Shown here: positions 50,571-60,403 of the stretch, piece after piece
Layout: each line of letters begins with the position of its first letter
Numbering within the stretch: the stretch's first letter is position 1
Assembly (NCBI GenBank): GCA_964359095.1
Contig: CAYHRJ010000001.1
Location: forward strand, 1 to 62,498
Length of the DNA: 62,498 bases
From: an uncultured Gammaproteobacteria bacterium
GTDB taxonomy: Bacteria; Patescibacteriota; Patescibacteriia; UBA9934; GWF2-40-263
Direction of reading: 5' to 3'
The notes under the pieces: generated by a model
Database searches by the model: none
What the model saw: the letters and a program-made list of their open reading frames with translations, nothing else
Told to the model about the DNA's origin: nothing
Position numbers and translations under genes: made by a program

Positions 50571-52193
50571 TCACTTTTTCAATGCTGCGGCGATAAACGC
50601 TTTGAACAATGGATGTGGACTTAACGGTCGCGACTTAAATTCTGGGTGAAACTGGACGCCGATGAAAAATGGATGGTTCTTCAACTCCACGATCTCAACC
50701 AAGCCGGAGCCTGGATTCACGCCGGTGATCATCAAGCCTTTTTTCTCGATCGCTTGTGCGTAGTCGTTGTTGAACTCGTAACGATGACGGTGGCGCTCGG
50801 AGATGACGGATATGCGGTATGCCTTGGCTGTCAGCGTTCCAGACTTCACTTTGCAGTCAAACGCCCCCAAACGCATGGTTCCGCCGTAGCGATTTTCTCG
50901 GATGTTCTTCAACTGAATAGGACTCACATGAATAATCGGATCGATCGTGGCTTCATCAACCTCCACAGTGTGAGCGGTGGTCTTGCCAAGCACATGGCGC
51001 GCAAATTCCACGCAGGCAAGTTGCATTCCATAACACAATCCGAAATACGGAACTTTTTTCTCGCGACAGTATCTGATCGCGGCGATGATCCCTTCGATGC
51101 CGCGCGTGCCAAATCCACCAGGAACAAGAATGCCATCGTAGTCTCTCAAACGAGAGATGGATTTCGGATGCGTTTCAAAATCTTCCGAGTTGATCCAGTC
51201 CAACTGAATCTTTGCTTTATTGCTCCACGCTGCAGCCTTCAATGCTTCAATCACGGAAATATAAGAATCAGACAACGTATAATCGCCCGTTGCAAAATAC
51301 TTTCCAACCACTCCGATCTTGACGGTTCGTTTTGCTGTCACTTGAACAGACGCCATCCGTTTCCATTTAATCAAATCGGTTTCATGTGGCTTCATCCTAA
51401 ACTTTTTCAAAATCGTCGCAGAAAGATCCTGAGACTCAAATAAAGCAGGAATCTCGTAGATAGAAGAAACGTCAGGTGCGGTAATAACAGCCTCAGGTTT
51501 CACGTTACAAAAACCACTCAGCTTTTCCCTCCGAGGTTTGTCCATGAACTGCTCCCCACGGCAAACAATAAAATCTGGATGAATTCCTGCGCTGTTCAGA
51601 GTCCGCGTCGCATACTGCGTCGGCTTGGTTTTCATTTCTCCCAAATGCTTAGGCACAGGCAGATAACTCACCAGCACAAACAGCACATTCTCGGAATCTT
51701 CCAAATGCATCATGCGTGCGGCTTCCAAAAATAAAATGTTTTGATACTCTCCAACCGTACCACCAACCTCAACCATGGTGATGTCCGCCTTGGCTTTCTG
51801 CGCAGCCGTTTTTATACGACGAATCACTTCCAGCGGAATATGCGGGACCACTTCCACACATTTCCCTTTGTACTCAAGATTGCGTTCTTTTTCGATCACA
51901 GTCTGATACACACGCCCCGTGGTCATGTAATTCGTGCTCGTCAAATCCGCTTCAAGAAACCGTTCATAATTCCCCATGTCCTGGTCAGTCTCATCTCCAT
52001 CATCCGTCACAAACACTTCTCCGTGTTCAACGGGATTCATGGTTCCAGCATCGACGTTCACATACGGATCGATCTTGATGGCTGTCACGTTCACTCCACG
52101 CGACTGAAGAATCTTGCCGATGGAAGCTGTGGTTACGCCTTTACCAACACCCGACATCACGCCACCAACCACGAAAATATAACGATGTTTCAT
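50571..52193 (-). CDS. pyrG: CTP synthase
   Basis: N-terminal synthetase domain (GGVMSGVGKG) and a GATase domain (GLCYGMQ, HRHRYE). Confidence 0.95.
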   Translation of the reverse strand: MKHRYIFVVGGVMSGVGKGVTTASIGKILQSRGVNVTAIKIDPYVNVDAGTMNPVEHGEVFVTDDGDETDQDMGNYERFLEADLTSTNYMTTGRVYQTVIEKERNLEYKGKCVEVVPHIPLEVIRRIKTAAQKAKADITMVEVGGTVGEYQNILFLEAARMMHLEDSENVLFVLVSYLPVPKHLGEMKTKPTQYATRTLNSAGIHPDFIVCRGEQFMDKPRREKLSGFCNVKPEAVITAPDVSSIYEIPALFESQDLSATILKKFRMKPHETDLIKWKRMASVQVTAKRTVKIGVVGKYFATGDYTLSDSYISVIEALKAAAWSNKAKIQLDWINSEDFETHPKSISRLRDYDGILVPGGFGTRGIEGIIAAIRYCREKKVPYFGLCYGMQLACVEFARHVLGKTTAHTVEVDEATIDPIIHVSPIQLKNIRENRYGGTMRLGAFDCKVKSGTLTAKAYRISVISERHRHRYEFNNDYAQAIEKKGLMITGVNPGSGLVEIVELKNHPFFIGVQFHPEFKSRPLSPHPLFKAFIAAALKK

Positions 52194-52234
52194 AAATGAA
52201 CTAGGGAGTAGGGTGAATAAAACCTATTCCCTAT

Positions 52235-52678
52235 TTACTTTTCTTCGACAATGATTTTTATATCTGCCTCAAAACCGTGAGGGAGCGAAATGTGAGCTGT
52301 GTACTCTCCTGGTTCCTTAATTGGATTCACAAGTTCGATCCAGTCCATATCAACGTCGAAGCCATCTTTCTTCAAAGCTGAGGCGATCATCTTGCTTGTC
52401 ACAGACGCAAACAACACTCCGCCCGCACTCACCTTCTCGGTCAAGAATACTTCATGACCTTCAAGTTTTCCGGCCAAGTCACCTGCAAGCGACAAGGCAC
52501 GACTGGCTTTACTGGTTGCAACTTTTTCACGCTCCTCACGCTTTTGGAGAGCCTCGGCCGTGGCTGGCACAGCGAGGCTCTGTGGAAACAAAAAATTGCG
52601 TGCGTGTCCATCGGACACCTCGACCACATCCCCCTCTTTTCCAAGCGGCTTGACGCTCGCAAGCAGGATGACCTTCAT
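52235..52678 (-). CDS. rplI: 50S ribosomal protein L9
   Basis: [32 protein letters not shown] is the L9 N-domain signature. Confidence 0.92.
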   Translation of the reverse strand: MKVILLASVKPLGKEGDVVEVSDGHARNFLFPQSLAVPATAEALQKREEREKVATSKASRALSLAGDLAGKLEGHEVFLTEKVSAGGVLFASVTSKMIASALKKDGFDVDMDWIELVNPIKEPGEYTAHISLPHGFEADIKIIVEEK

Positions 52679-52686
52679 ACTGTGGG

Positions 52687-52695
52687 ATTATACCA
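52687..52695 (-). promoter_or_regulatory. Extended -10 element (TGgTATAAT) 8 nt upstream of the rplI ATG
   Basis: The minus strand reads catgGTATAATcccacagtATG. No SD lies between the element and the ATG. Confidence 0.45.
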
Positions 52696-52756
52696 TGTGT
52701 TTTTATCCACTTGCGTTTGCCGTCAAGAGTGCGACCAGGTTATACTCAGTATGTAA

Positions 52757-53731
52757 TTGTTACATCAAAAATCTATGAGCCCACATGGAGAACAGCAAGT
52801 TGAACAAGAACAACTCACAAAGCCTGTAAAGTTTCAGATGGAAACACCCGACGATGTCGTAGATACAGCCGGAAAAATTTGGATGATTCCAAACCAAGAG
52901 AATCAACGGCGGCGCATGGAGCGACAACAAGGCAACGCCAAAGAACTCATTGAAACGAGAATCAAAATGGGCGCGGACATGGACGAGTATCGAAGCCACC
53001 TTCTTGGCCAAATGGGTGAATTACTTGAGTTGCGGGAGGATCTCGATGCAGAGAAACAAGTAACACTCAAAAGAGAGAACATCATGCAAACAAGGGATCT
53101 TGAAAATCAACTCAAGGCCATGGCGACGTTCGACGCACGAGAAAAAATCCTAGCTCAGCTTGCAAGCGGTGCGAATGTGTCTTACTTGCTCAAACGAGGA
53201 AAAGAAATTCAATCTGATCTGGAGACAAAAATGGAGGAAGTCGATGACAAGGACGTAGAGCTTTTTGCTGCGAAAGAAGTCCTGCCACACCAGATGTACA
53301 TGCATGCCTTGAAGGAGTTAGAACAAAAACCTGATTCACTCAGCGAAATGCGCGAGGCTCAGCGTGCGCTTTTGGACGCTCGACTGAAAATAACTGGTGG
53401 AATCGGTGGAACGCATGAAACCGAGTTTACACAAAAAAAACCAACGCAATCAACACAAGAGAAACCGAAAGAAAATCCAGAAGAAAGAGCCCAGATGCTT
53501 TTAGAAAAAAAGTGGACGGTGCTCGCACAGGAACTGAAAGATACAGAGAAAGAACTTGCCTCACTGGGATTCTTACAACGACTGTTTGGAGAGAAAGGCA
53601 AGTTTTTCAAAATGCGACTTGCACGCATCAAGGCTGATCAAGAGAGAGTCTACAGACAAATTTTGCCAGCACGGCAGAAAAAACTTGGAGAAGAGTTTGA
53701 ACAGATGGCACGCGCCATGCGAAAAGAATGA
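52757..53731 (+). CDS. Hypothetical coiled-coil protein (324 aa)
   Basis: Long charged, heptad-rich ORF followed by a strong terminator. Confidence 0.6.
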   Translation: MLHQKSMSPHGEQQVEQEQLTKPVKFQMETPDDVVDTAGKIWMIPNQENQRRRMERQQGNAKELIETRIKMGADMDEYRSHLLGQMGELLELREDLDAEKQVTLKRENIMQTRDLENQLKAMATFDAREKILAQLASGANVSYLLKRGKEIQSDLETKMEEVDDKDVELFAAKEVLPHQMYMHALKELEQKPDSLSEMREAQRALLDARLKITGGIGGTHETEFTQKKPTQSTQEKPKENPEERAQMLLEKKWTVLAQELKDTEKELASLGFLQRLFGEKGKFFKMRLARIKADQERVYRQILPARQKKLGEEFEQMARAMRKE

Positions 53732-53748
53732 CAAAACTATCTGATTTT

Positions 53749-53786
53749 ATCACAAAAGCCAAGAAGTTTTTCTTGGCTTTTGTGAT
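53749..53786. terminator. Bidirectional terminator (17-bp perfect stem)
   Basis: atcacaaaagccaagaa-gttt-ttcttggcttttgtgat between convergent genes. Confidence 0.8.
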
Positions 53787-53834
53787 CCTTCGGCATTTGA
53801 TCTGGCCTCAGGATAACGCTACCAGGCTGTTGCG

Positions 53835-54065
53835 TTACTTACACTTCGTGCACTTTTTCTCAAGCAGAACGAGCAGAGCGGAAATACCTACAAGGATGTA
53901 GATAAGCTTCACAAGCCATGGCCAGCCGCCGAGCAGTGTGTCAAGAAGGTTCCAGTCGAGAAGACCGACCAGTCCCCAGTTGATGCCTCCTACCCAAAGG
54001 AGCCACCAGGCGACACAATGGATGCCGCACTTTGATGCATTCATCATAGATGACACAGTTTTCAA
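53835..54065 (-). CDS. DUF378-family small membrane protein
   Basis: The GINWGLVGLL motif and two TM helices are typical of DUF378. Confidence 0.7.
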   Translation of the reverse strand: MKTVSSMMNASKCGIHCVAWWLLWVGGINWGLVGLLDWNLLDTLLGGWPWLVKLIYILVGISALLVLLEKKCTKCK

Positions 54066-54169
54066 TTGAAAACTGCAAAGAAAAATAAATTATGCATTTA
54101 TCGTAGCATTTTGCTCACCTGAACGGGAAAATGGTTATCCACACGTCCCTCTGATATCATGAACATACT

Positions 54170-55450
54170 ATGAAATTTTCCTACGAACCTGGCGCCCTCA
54201 TTCCTGCGTCAGTGCTCCACGATCGAGCTGCGTCTTTGACAGCATACACAGCACGACTGAAAGATGCTGCTCAAAAAATCGATTATACACAACCTGAGAG
54301 TTCTCTTCGTCTCCCTTTTGACGAGCAGATCCTCAAGGAGGTTCAGCGCGTTACGACCTCGATCAAAACCAACACACTCCAGTACGTGGTGGTGATTGGC
54401 ATTGGAGGATCGAACTTGGGCACTCAGGCCGTGTATGATGCCGTCGCCGGATCGATGAATCTGCTTGTCGATCGACTCCCAAAACTGCTGTTCTTGGACA
54501 CGGTCAGCGATGAAAAAATGACGGCCGTGACTCGCACGCTTGAACGGCTCCCAAAAAAAGATGACTTCGCCGTGATCCTGATCAGCAAGTCTGGAACGAC
54601 CACCGAGACGATTGTGAATACGGAAGTCCTGTGGGTGTTTTTGCAGGAACACTTCGGCGACCCACGCTCTCGGTTTGTCGCCATCACGGATGAAGGTTCG
54701 AAACTCTGGAACCAGGCTGGCGAGAAAAAAATAACGCGCCTGTCGATTCCGTCAATCATTGGTGGCAGATACAGTGTATTCAATGCTGTCGGCTTGCTTC
54801 CTCTTTTTCTCTCTGGCATCAATGTAGACGACCTCATTGATGGAGCACGGGAAGCTGTGCAAGATAATACAAACGACGATCTCACGATCAACACAGCACT
54901 CGTGAGCGCTCTCATTACTGATCATCACCGACGTGCCGGTCGGACGATTTACAACAATTTTCTTTTCTCGCCAAAACTTGAATCGCTTGGAAAGTGGTAC
55001 AGACAACTAATAGCCGAAAGTCTTGGCAAGGACGGAAAAGGTATCACGCCAATTGTTTCGATCGGCAGCACTGATTTACATTCGCAGGCACAGCTCTATT
55101 TCGCTGGCCCAGACGATAAATACACGAGTCTCCTCTACTCCATGAGTGGTGACGTTAACCAAGTTCCACAGCATCCAGCCCTGCCTGGCTTGGTTCCAGA
55201 TATTCAAAATAAATCACTTGAGCAAGTCATGAAGGCGATTGTTGGTGGTGTGAAAGCCACGTACGAAAAACTTGAGCGACCGTATGTCGAAATCGATCTT
55301 GAAGGCGTGAATCCGTATGAGCTTGGCTATTACCTTCAATGGCGCATGATCGAGGTGATGTATCTCGCACAGCTCATGAACGTCAACGCGTTTGATCAAC
55401 CAGAAGTTGAATTGTATAAAACGGAGACGAGAAAACTGCTCAAAGGGTAA
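54170..55450 (+). CDS. pgi: Glucose-6-phosphate isomerase (short bacterial/archaeal type)
   Basis: SIS-domain motifs VVVIGIGGSNLG and ISKSGTTTET. 426 aa. Confidence 0.85.
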   Translation: MKFSYEPGALIPASVLHDRAASLTAYTARLKDAAQKIDYTQPESSLRLPFDEQILKEVQRVTTSIKTNTLQYVVVIGIGGSNLGTQAVYDAVAGSMNLLVDRLPKLLFLDTVSDEKMTAVTRTLERLPKKDDFAVILISKSGTTTETIVNTEVLWVFLQEHFGDPRSRFVAITDEGSKLWNQAGEKKITRLSIPSIIGGRYSVFNAVGLLPLFLSGINVDDLIDGAREAVQDNTNDDLTINTALVSALITDHHRRAGRTIYNNFLFSPKLESLGKWYRQLIAESLGKDGKGITPIVSIGSTDLHSQAQLYFAGPDDKYTSLLYSMSGDVNQVPQHPALPGLVPDIQNKSLEQVMKAIVGGVKATYEKLERPYVEIDLEGVNPYELGYYLQWRMIEVMYLAQLMNVNAFDQPEVELYKTETRKLLKG

Positions 55451-55976
55451 GCGAAAACGAAGAGAGAATCGTGTCAAAAATGGCGTCCTCCTGTTCAAAC
55501 GTAATCACGAGAAGCTGTGACTTGTTTTCGATAACCATAAGACGTGCAGGTGAATCACTTGTCCCGTCGCCATACAGCGACAATGTTTGCTGACCACCGC
55601 GCCCATCAATCTGCTGCGCAGCTTCACCGTTTGGATAAAAAAATCCAACATGGCTCGTCAGCCACGTATGCGCAGACTCCTCGCTCTGCACCCCACGAAT
55701 GGATAAGACGTTTGTCCCCTCTCCAGCGACAAAGACAATCTCGTCCTCGGGTCCGGCAAGATACGCGGTCTGATCCTCAAAATTCAAAGCGTAGACGGAT
55801 ACTCCGTCAGGAACAGTAAACTCGTAACCGAAACGCGTGTTTTGATACAAAGAACCTTCCACAAAACTCGGTTCGGCAGGGATGGTCATCTCCTCACTGA
55901 TCGCAACAGGTTGTCCACATCCTCCCAAGAGGACCGACGCGACCAATAGGATCAAGATGCTGGATCGCCTTAACAT
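55440..55976 (-). CDS. Putative lipoprotein, unknown function
   Basis: Start set at ATG 55976 (MLRRSSILILLVASVLLGGCGQ lipobox). The upstream part of the ORF crosses palindromic repeats. Confidence 0.55.
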   Translation of the reverse strand: MLRRSSILILLVASVLLGGCGQPVAISEEMTIPAEPSFVEGSLYQNTRFGYEFTVPDGVSVYALNFEDQTAYLAGPEDEIVFVAGEGTNVLSIRGVQSEESAHTWLTSHVGFFYPNGEAAQQIDGRGGQQTLSLYGDGTSDSPARLMVIENKSQLLVITFEQEDAIFDTILSSFSLTL

Positions 55977-56008
55977 AGATGTACCCAGTATACTCGAGAC
56001 CAGACCCA

Positions 56009-56069
56009 TTGACCCCTCCCTTCGCGAAGGGAGGGGTTGACCCCGCTTTTCGCGAAAGGCGGGGTTGAC
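56009..56069. repeat. Two tandem TCGCGA-centred palindromes (PE-B) separated by TTGAC
   Basis: ttgac-ccctcccttcgcgaagggaggg-g-ttgac-cccgcttttcgcgaaaggcggg-g-ttgac. Confidence 0.85.
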
Positions 56070-56180
56070 ATCGCTCAACTTTCATGAGATACTTTTCTTG
56101 CTTCCTCTTGTTCCCTTTGTGGTCAGAGAAGCTTCTAACTCTTTGATGGAACTTCGGTTCCCCTTGTCACTTCTCTTGCT

Positions 56181-56435
56181 ATGAAGAACAAGTTATTTGT
56201 CGGCTCCCTCCCATGGGCAACTGACGACGCCGCACTCATGGAGATCTTCTCCAAGTTCGGTGAAGTCACCTCTGCTCGCGTCGTCACAGACCGGGAAAGT
56301 GGCCGCAGCCGCGGATTCGGCTTCGTCGAGTATGCTGACGACGCCGCCGCTCAAGCCGCCATCGAAGGCGCCGACGGTATGATGATCGAAGGCCGCGCCA
56401 TCAGCGTGTCCCTCGCTCGTCCAAAAGCTGAATAA
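56181..56435 (+). CDS. RRM (RNP-1/RNP-2) RNA-binding protein
   Basis: KLFVGSLPW (RNP-2) and RGFGFVEY (RNP-1). Confidence 0.9.
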   Translation: MKNKLFVGSLPWATDDAALMEIFSKFGEVTSARVVTDRESGRSRGFGFVEYADDAAAQAAIEGADGMMIEGRAISVSLARPKAE

Positions 56436-56443
56436 GCTTTCAG

Positions 56444-56482
56444 AAACCACCCCAAGTTTGTCGAAGGGTGGTTTTTGTTTTT
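56444..56482 (+). terminator. Intrinsic terminator after the RRM gene
   Basis: aaaccaccc-N13-gggtggttt followed by TTGTTTTT. Confidence 0.75.
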
Positions 56483-56524
56483 GGTGATCTTCATGTTTTG
56501 TTATCACTTCAATCCTCGTGTAGG

Positions 56525-57253
56525 ATGGCGCTATCTGTGAACAAGACCTTGTACATTTTTATCGACGAATCTGGAAATTTTGACTTCAGCCTTAAGGGGA
56601 CGAGGTATTTTGTTCTCACTGCAGTATCGACGACCGAACCCTCACTGAGTAGAGAACGATTTTTGCAACTCAAATACGAGATGCTCAAGGATGGCTTATG
56701 CGAAGAAAGCTTTCACGCCACGGAAGATTCTCAGCTGGTTCGAGATGCTATCTTCGAACAAATAAGACGAACAGATAATTTTTCAATTGATGCAATCATT
56801 GCACAAAAAAACAAAGCGAACCCGTCGTTGTATATCAAACGTGAGATCGTCCTCCAGCACGACCCAAAGAAACAAGATATCAAGACCGTAAGAACTGAGG
56901 AAAGTTTTTATCGACTTATTTCGCAGACACTCTTAAAGTACATTTTTAACCGTTATGACAAACGTGAGGATATCGACCAAATCGTTGTGGTGCTCGGATC
57001 GCTTTTTAATGCGACGAAACAGGGCTATGTTCTAAAAAGTCTGAAGCAGTTCTTAAAAAAGACATTCGATAAGCCGTTCCGAATTTACTTTCATCCTGCG
57101 TGTTCCGACATCAACTGCCAAATCGCAGATTACTGCGGCTGGGCGATCTATGTAAGCGTGACGCGAAACGAACAAAGACCGCTTTCAGTTATTCGACCCC
57201 ATATTGCAAGCATGTTCGATATCTTCAGAACAGGAATAAATGAATTTTACTAA
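56525..57253 (+). CDS. DUF3800-family protein
   Basis: The N-terminal LYIFIDESGNFDF is typical of DUF3800. Start set at the ATG at 56525. Confidence 0.65.
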   Translation: MALSVNKTLYIFIDESGNFDFSLKGTRYFVLTAVSTTEPSLSRERFLQLKYEMLKDGLCEESFHATEDSQLVRDAIFEQIRRTDNFSIDAIIAQKNKANPSLYIKREIVLQHDPKKQDIKTVRTEESFYRLISQTLLKYIFNRYDKREDIDQIVVVLGSLFNATKQGYVLKSLKQFLKKTFDKPFRIYFHPACSDINCQIADYCGWAIYVSVTRNEQRPLSVIRPHIASMFDIFRTGINEFY

Positions 57254-57368
57254 AAAAATGACCACTCCACCTATCCCTTTCGGAAAGAGCCCGGGGGCTC
57301 GTGTCGGCGGAGTGGAACCTTTGACTGCATTATAACTCACATCTGTATCCTAGACAACCACATACAAT

Positions 57369-58193
57369 ATGACCTTAGAAAAAACAAAAATTTCCGAACA
57401 GATACAGATTTGTGAATCATTTCTGTCTGTCTCGAGTCCCAACCACGAAAAGCAACGTCAGATGCTTGTCGTTCGCGACTACCTCATGTGTCTTCTCGAA
57501 CCAAAAAAATTTTCGGTGGATCATTGTGAGAATCTGAGAAGACTTTCCTTAGAATACGGTGTGGATGGACACACGGACCTGAAAGAATGGATTCTCAGAA
57601 GCCGCGGAGACGTCGTACTACTCCATGGGAGGTTCCCGGAAAAAATACAGGAAGTGCGTATCGCCGACATCCCGCTTTGTGATCCAAACAACGAAGGTAA
57701 CTGGATGGGGTGGACAAAAGGGAAGCTAGAAGAAAAAGGCTACACAGTAACATGTCCCGTCATCATTGATGTCTGGAAAGCACCATATCAACAATGGAAA
57801 GAGGAACTCGACAGGCTGACCATCAATGAAAACGCAACGCTGGTTGGTTTAAGTGCGGGAGGGTATGCCCTCCTTCGCTATCTTGGTGAGACGGGTAAAA
57901 AAGTAAAAAAGGTCATCTTGGTTGCACCGGGAGCACCTGGAATGGACCGGAACAACGGACCGAAACTTCCAAACGAGGATGAATTTTACACGTATCAAAT
58001 CACTCCTAGGCTGAAATCTCAAATTCAAAAGCAAATTGTTATTTTTGTCTCGAATGATGAGAGCTTCATTCTGCGAGCCGTCGAGATGTACGGGGAGGTA
58101 TTGGATGCACATGTGATCAAACTTAAAAACATGGGGCATTTTTCATTCCTCATCAAGGAACTGCCAGAACTCTTAAACGAGATCGTTTCTTAA
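57369..58193 (+). CDS. Alpha/beta hydrolase (YdeN/RBBP9-like serine hydrolase) with about a 90-aa N-terminal extension
   Basis: GLSAGG nucleophile elbow with downstream Asp (NDESF) and His (MGHF) candidates. Confidence 0.6.
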   Translation: MTLEKTKISEQIQICESFLSVSSPNHEKQRQMLVVRDYLMCLLEPKKFSVDHCENLRRLSLEYGVDGHTDLKEWILRSRGDVVLLHGRFPEKIQEVRIADIPLCDPNNEGNWMGWTKGKLEEKGYTVTCPVIIDVWKAPYQQWKEELDRLTINENATLVGLSAGGYALLRYLGETGKKVKKVILVAPGAPGMDRNNGPKLPNEDEFYTYQITPRLKSQIQKQIVIFVSNDESFILRAVEMYGEVLDAHVIKLKNMGHFSFLIKELPELLNEIVS

Positions 58194-58232
58194 AGTCGAC
58201 CTCCGTCGGGAGCTAAGCTTCCGCGCTATATA

Positions 58233-58259
58233 CAAAAACCCCACCGGTGAGAGGTGGGG
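58233..58259 (-). terminator. Intrinsic terminator after the ABC exporter gene
   Basis: ccccacc-ggtgaga-ggtgggg with a T-run on the minus strand. Confidence 0.7.
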
Positions 58260-58268
58260 CGCGAGAGA

Positions 58269-60146
58269 CTAGGCGACCGCGAGGCGGACACCCTCGAGGT
58301 CTGCCAGCCGGCGGAAGGTCGGCGATGTGGCGAAGAGTTCTTCTTTGGAATGCGCGATGCACTCGATCTGGCTGTTGCCGTTTTGAAGCGTGTCCACTGG
58401 TTTGAGGACGACGAACTTGTTACAGCCCATCACGGTTGAGAGACGATGGGCGATGATGAGTGCGCTTGCGTCCATGCTTGAGAGGAGCGACTCTAGGCCA
58501 GTTTGAACCGCGGCTTGGTTCTCTGCGTCGAGCGAACTCGTTGCCTCGTCAATGATCATGAATCGCGGACGCTTAAGGGCGACCGAGGCGATCATCACCC
58601 GCTGTGCTTCTCCGCCGGAGAGCTTTACGCCGTTGCGGCCAACGCGTGTTGCAAGTCCGTGCGTCAGTCGTGGCCCGAAATCCACGCGCAAAAGTCGCAT
58701 GACTTCCCAGATCTGTTCGTCTGTCAGTTGAGCACGTTGCTCTGACGTCATGGCGTAGATGAGGTTGTCCTTGAGCGTTCCGTCGAAAAGCTTCGGCGCT
58801 TGAGGAATGTTCCCCACGAGCCGTCGCCACGACGCAAGACTCACTCCTCGAAGATCGTGACCGTTGAGAGAGATGGTTCCGTGTTCGGGATCCATGTACC
58901 TCTGAAGCAGGCGCGTCACCGTACTCTTGCCAGCACCGTTTGGCCCGATGAGTGCGACCTTCTCCCGTGGCTCAATGGTGAAACTGAGACCCTGAAGGAC
59001 GCGCGTTTGCCCGCCGTCCGTTTTGGACCGAGCGTGTTCGTAGCGATGTCCGACATCGGAAATCTCGATCGTGATCGGTTCGTCCTTGAGCACGTGCGCC
59101 TCGGGAGACTCAATCACACGGACAGGAAGAGTAAGTGCCTCGCGAAGAGACTTAAGGCTTGGCGCACACCAGTTTACTTCCCTCTCGACACGAGCAAGGA
59201 ATCGAATCTGTTGCGTCGCCATCCCAACCCAGGTGAGAATCGGAATCATGTCTGCGGCGTTCATCTCGCCTGACCAGACGCGCCACCCGGCCCACAGGCC
59301 CGTGGCCGTCGCCGCAAAGCCAGAGAGAATCGAGCGTGGCATCGTGCCACGGATGTACGGCAGCCAGATCTTGCGATCTTCGACACACACGGCACGCTCT
59401 TCTTGATCCATCTCCTCGACCTCAGCCTGATGGCGACCTGATGTCACCACGCGCTCAACGCCGAGCCAGCGTTCACCGCGTCGACGATGGAGAGCACGGA
59501 ATCGTGACTCCACCGGACCCATGGCAACCGTGACGAAACGATTTAGGTGAAGGGAGAGCAGGATGTTGGCGATCAAGATGAGCAGGACGATGATCCCACA
59601 CACAGGACTCAGAACGCACAGCATCACAAAGGAGATTGCAAAGGAAAGACCCGAATCGATCCCAACGAACAGCAGGGACTTCTGGACTTCATTGAACCGA
59701 TTCCAGCCCTTCTCCATGTTATCCGAGGTGAGCTTACTTCCTTCCTCCAGATGGAGGCCGAGATCTTTCTCGAAGAAGAGCTCATTGATACGCCTGGCCA
59801 TGGTCGCCAAGTTTTCTCCAAGCGTGAGCTCGATGAAATGTCCGGCGCGCCATTCAAAGACTGATCCGAACATGTAGGAGAACCAGATCCCCAGAACCGC
59901 CGTAAGCGCATGTGTCGCATTGTGCGTGATGAGTCCCTCGATCCCAAGCCCCATGAACCAGGGATAAGTGAGGCTCGTGATGCGGGAAAACGTGCTCCAG
60001 ACAAACACGGCGCGAATGTAGTGCCATGCCGTCTGATTCACGAACTGAGACGCGCACCACTTCAAGACGTCCACCGTCTCACCCATGGATTTTACGTAGT
60101 CCTTGAGCGTTGTATCCGTTTTGTACAAACGAATGTCGTCGTCCAC
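58269..60146 (-). CDS. ABC exporter, fused permease/ATPase (MsbA-like half transporter)
   Basis: N-terminal 6-TM domain, then [17 protein letters not shown] and IIDEATSSLD. Confidence 0.88.
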   Translation of the reverse strand: MDDDIRLYKTDTTLKDYVKSMGETVDVLKWCASQFVNQTAWHYIRAVFVWSTFSRITSLTYPWFMGLGIEGLITHNATHALTAVLGIWFSYMFGSVFEWRAGHFIELTLGENLATMARRINELFFEKDLGLHLEEGSKLTSDNMEKGWNRFNEVQKSLLFVGIDSGLSFAISFVMLCVLSPVCGIIVLLILIANILLSLHLNRFVTVAMGPVESRFRALHRRRGERWLGVERVVTSGRHQAEVEEMDQEERAVCVEDRKIWLPYIRGTMPRSILSGFAATATGLWAGWRVWSGEMNAADMIPILTWVGMATQQIRFLARVEREVNWCAPSLKSLREALTLPVRVIESPEAHVLKDEPITIEISDVGHRYEHARSKTDGGQTRVLQGLSFTIEPREKVALIGPNGAGKSTVTRLLQRYMDPEHGTISLNGHDLRGVSLASWRRLVGNIPQAPKLFDGTLKDNLIYAMTSEQRAQLTDEQIWEVMRLLRVDFGPRLTHGLATRVGRNGVKLSGGEAQRVMIASVALKRPRFMIIDEATSSLDAENQAAVQTGLESLLSSMDASALIIAHRLSTVMGCNKFVVLKPVDTLQNGNSQIECIAHSKEELFATSPTFRRLADLEGVRLAVA

Positions 60147-60169
60147 GATTCCCTCCTGGTGTGTAGATG

Positions 60170-60195
60170 ATCCCCCCTTTCGCGAAAGGGGGGAT
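60170..60195. repeat. Perfect 26-nt TCGCGA-centred palindrome (PE-B)
   Basis: atcccccctttcgcgaaaggggggat, 24 nt upstream of the ABC exporter start. Confidence 0.9.
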
Positions 60196-60403
60196 GAAAT
60201 GAACGAAAAACGGCCCCACCTCAGCGGGGCGTTTCAAGTTTTTTGCTTAAACCTTGAGACTCCACGCCGAAACAAAATAGATGTCCGAGACTGGAAAACC
60301 AGTATCAGCGGCCATGCGCATGTAGATTTGCGTTGTGATTGTCATAGCGCGTTTCGGCGTTAAAATATTAGTGAGGATTTTATATCAGAGAAACTGAATC
60401 GCG

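Noticed and set aside
60240-60400. 10-bp inverted repeat acgccgaaac/gtttcggcgt enclosing 80 nt between sod and the ABC exporter, as a possible small RNA
   Set aside because: No promoter or terminator signals, and no second copy, are visible. It may simply be 3'-UTR or promoter DNA.
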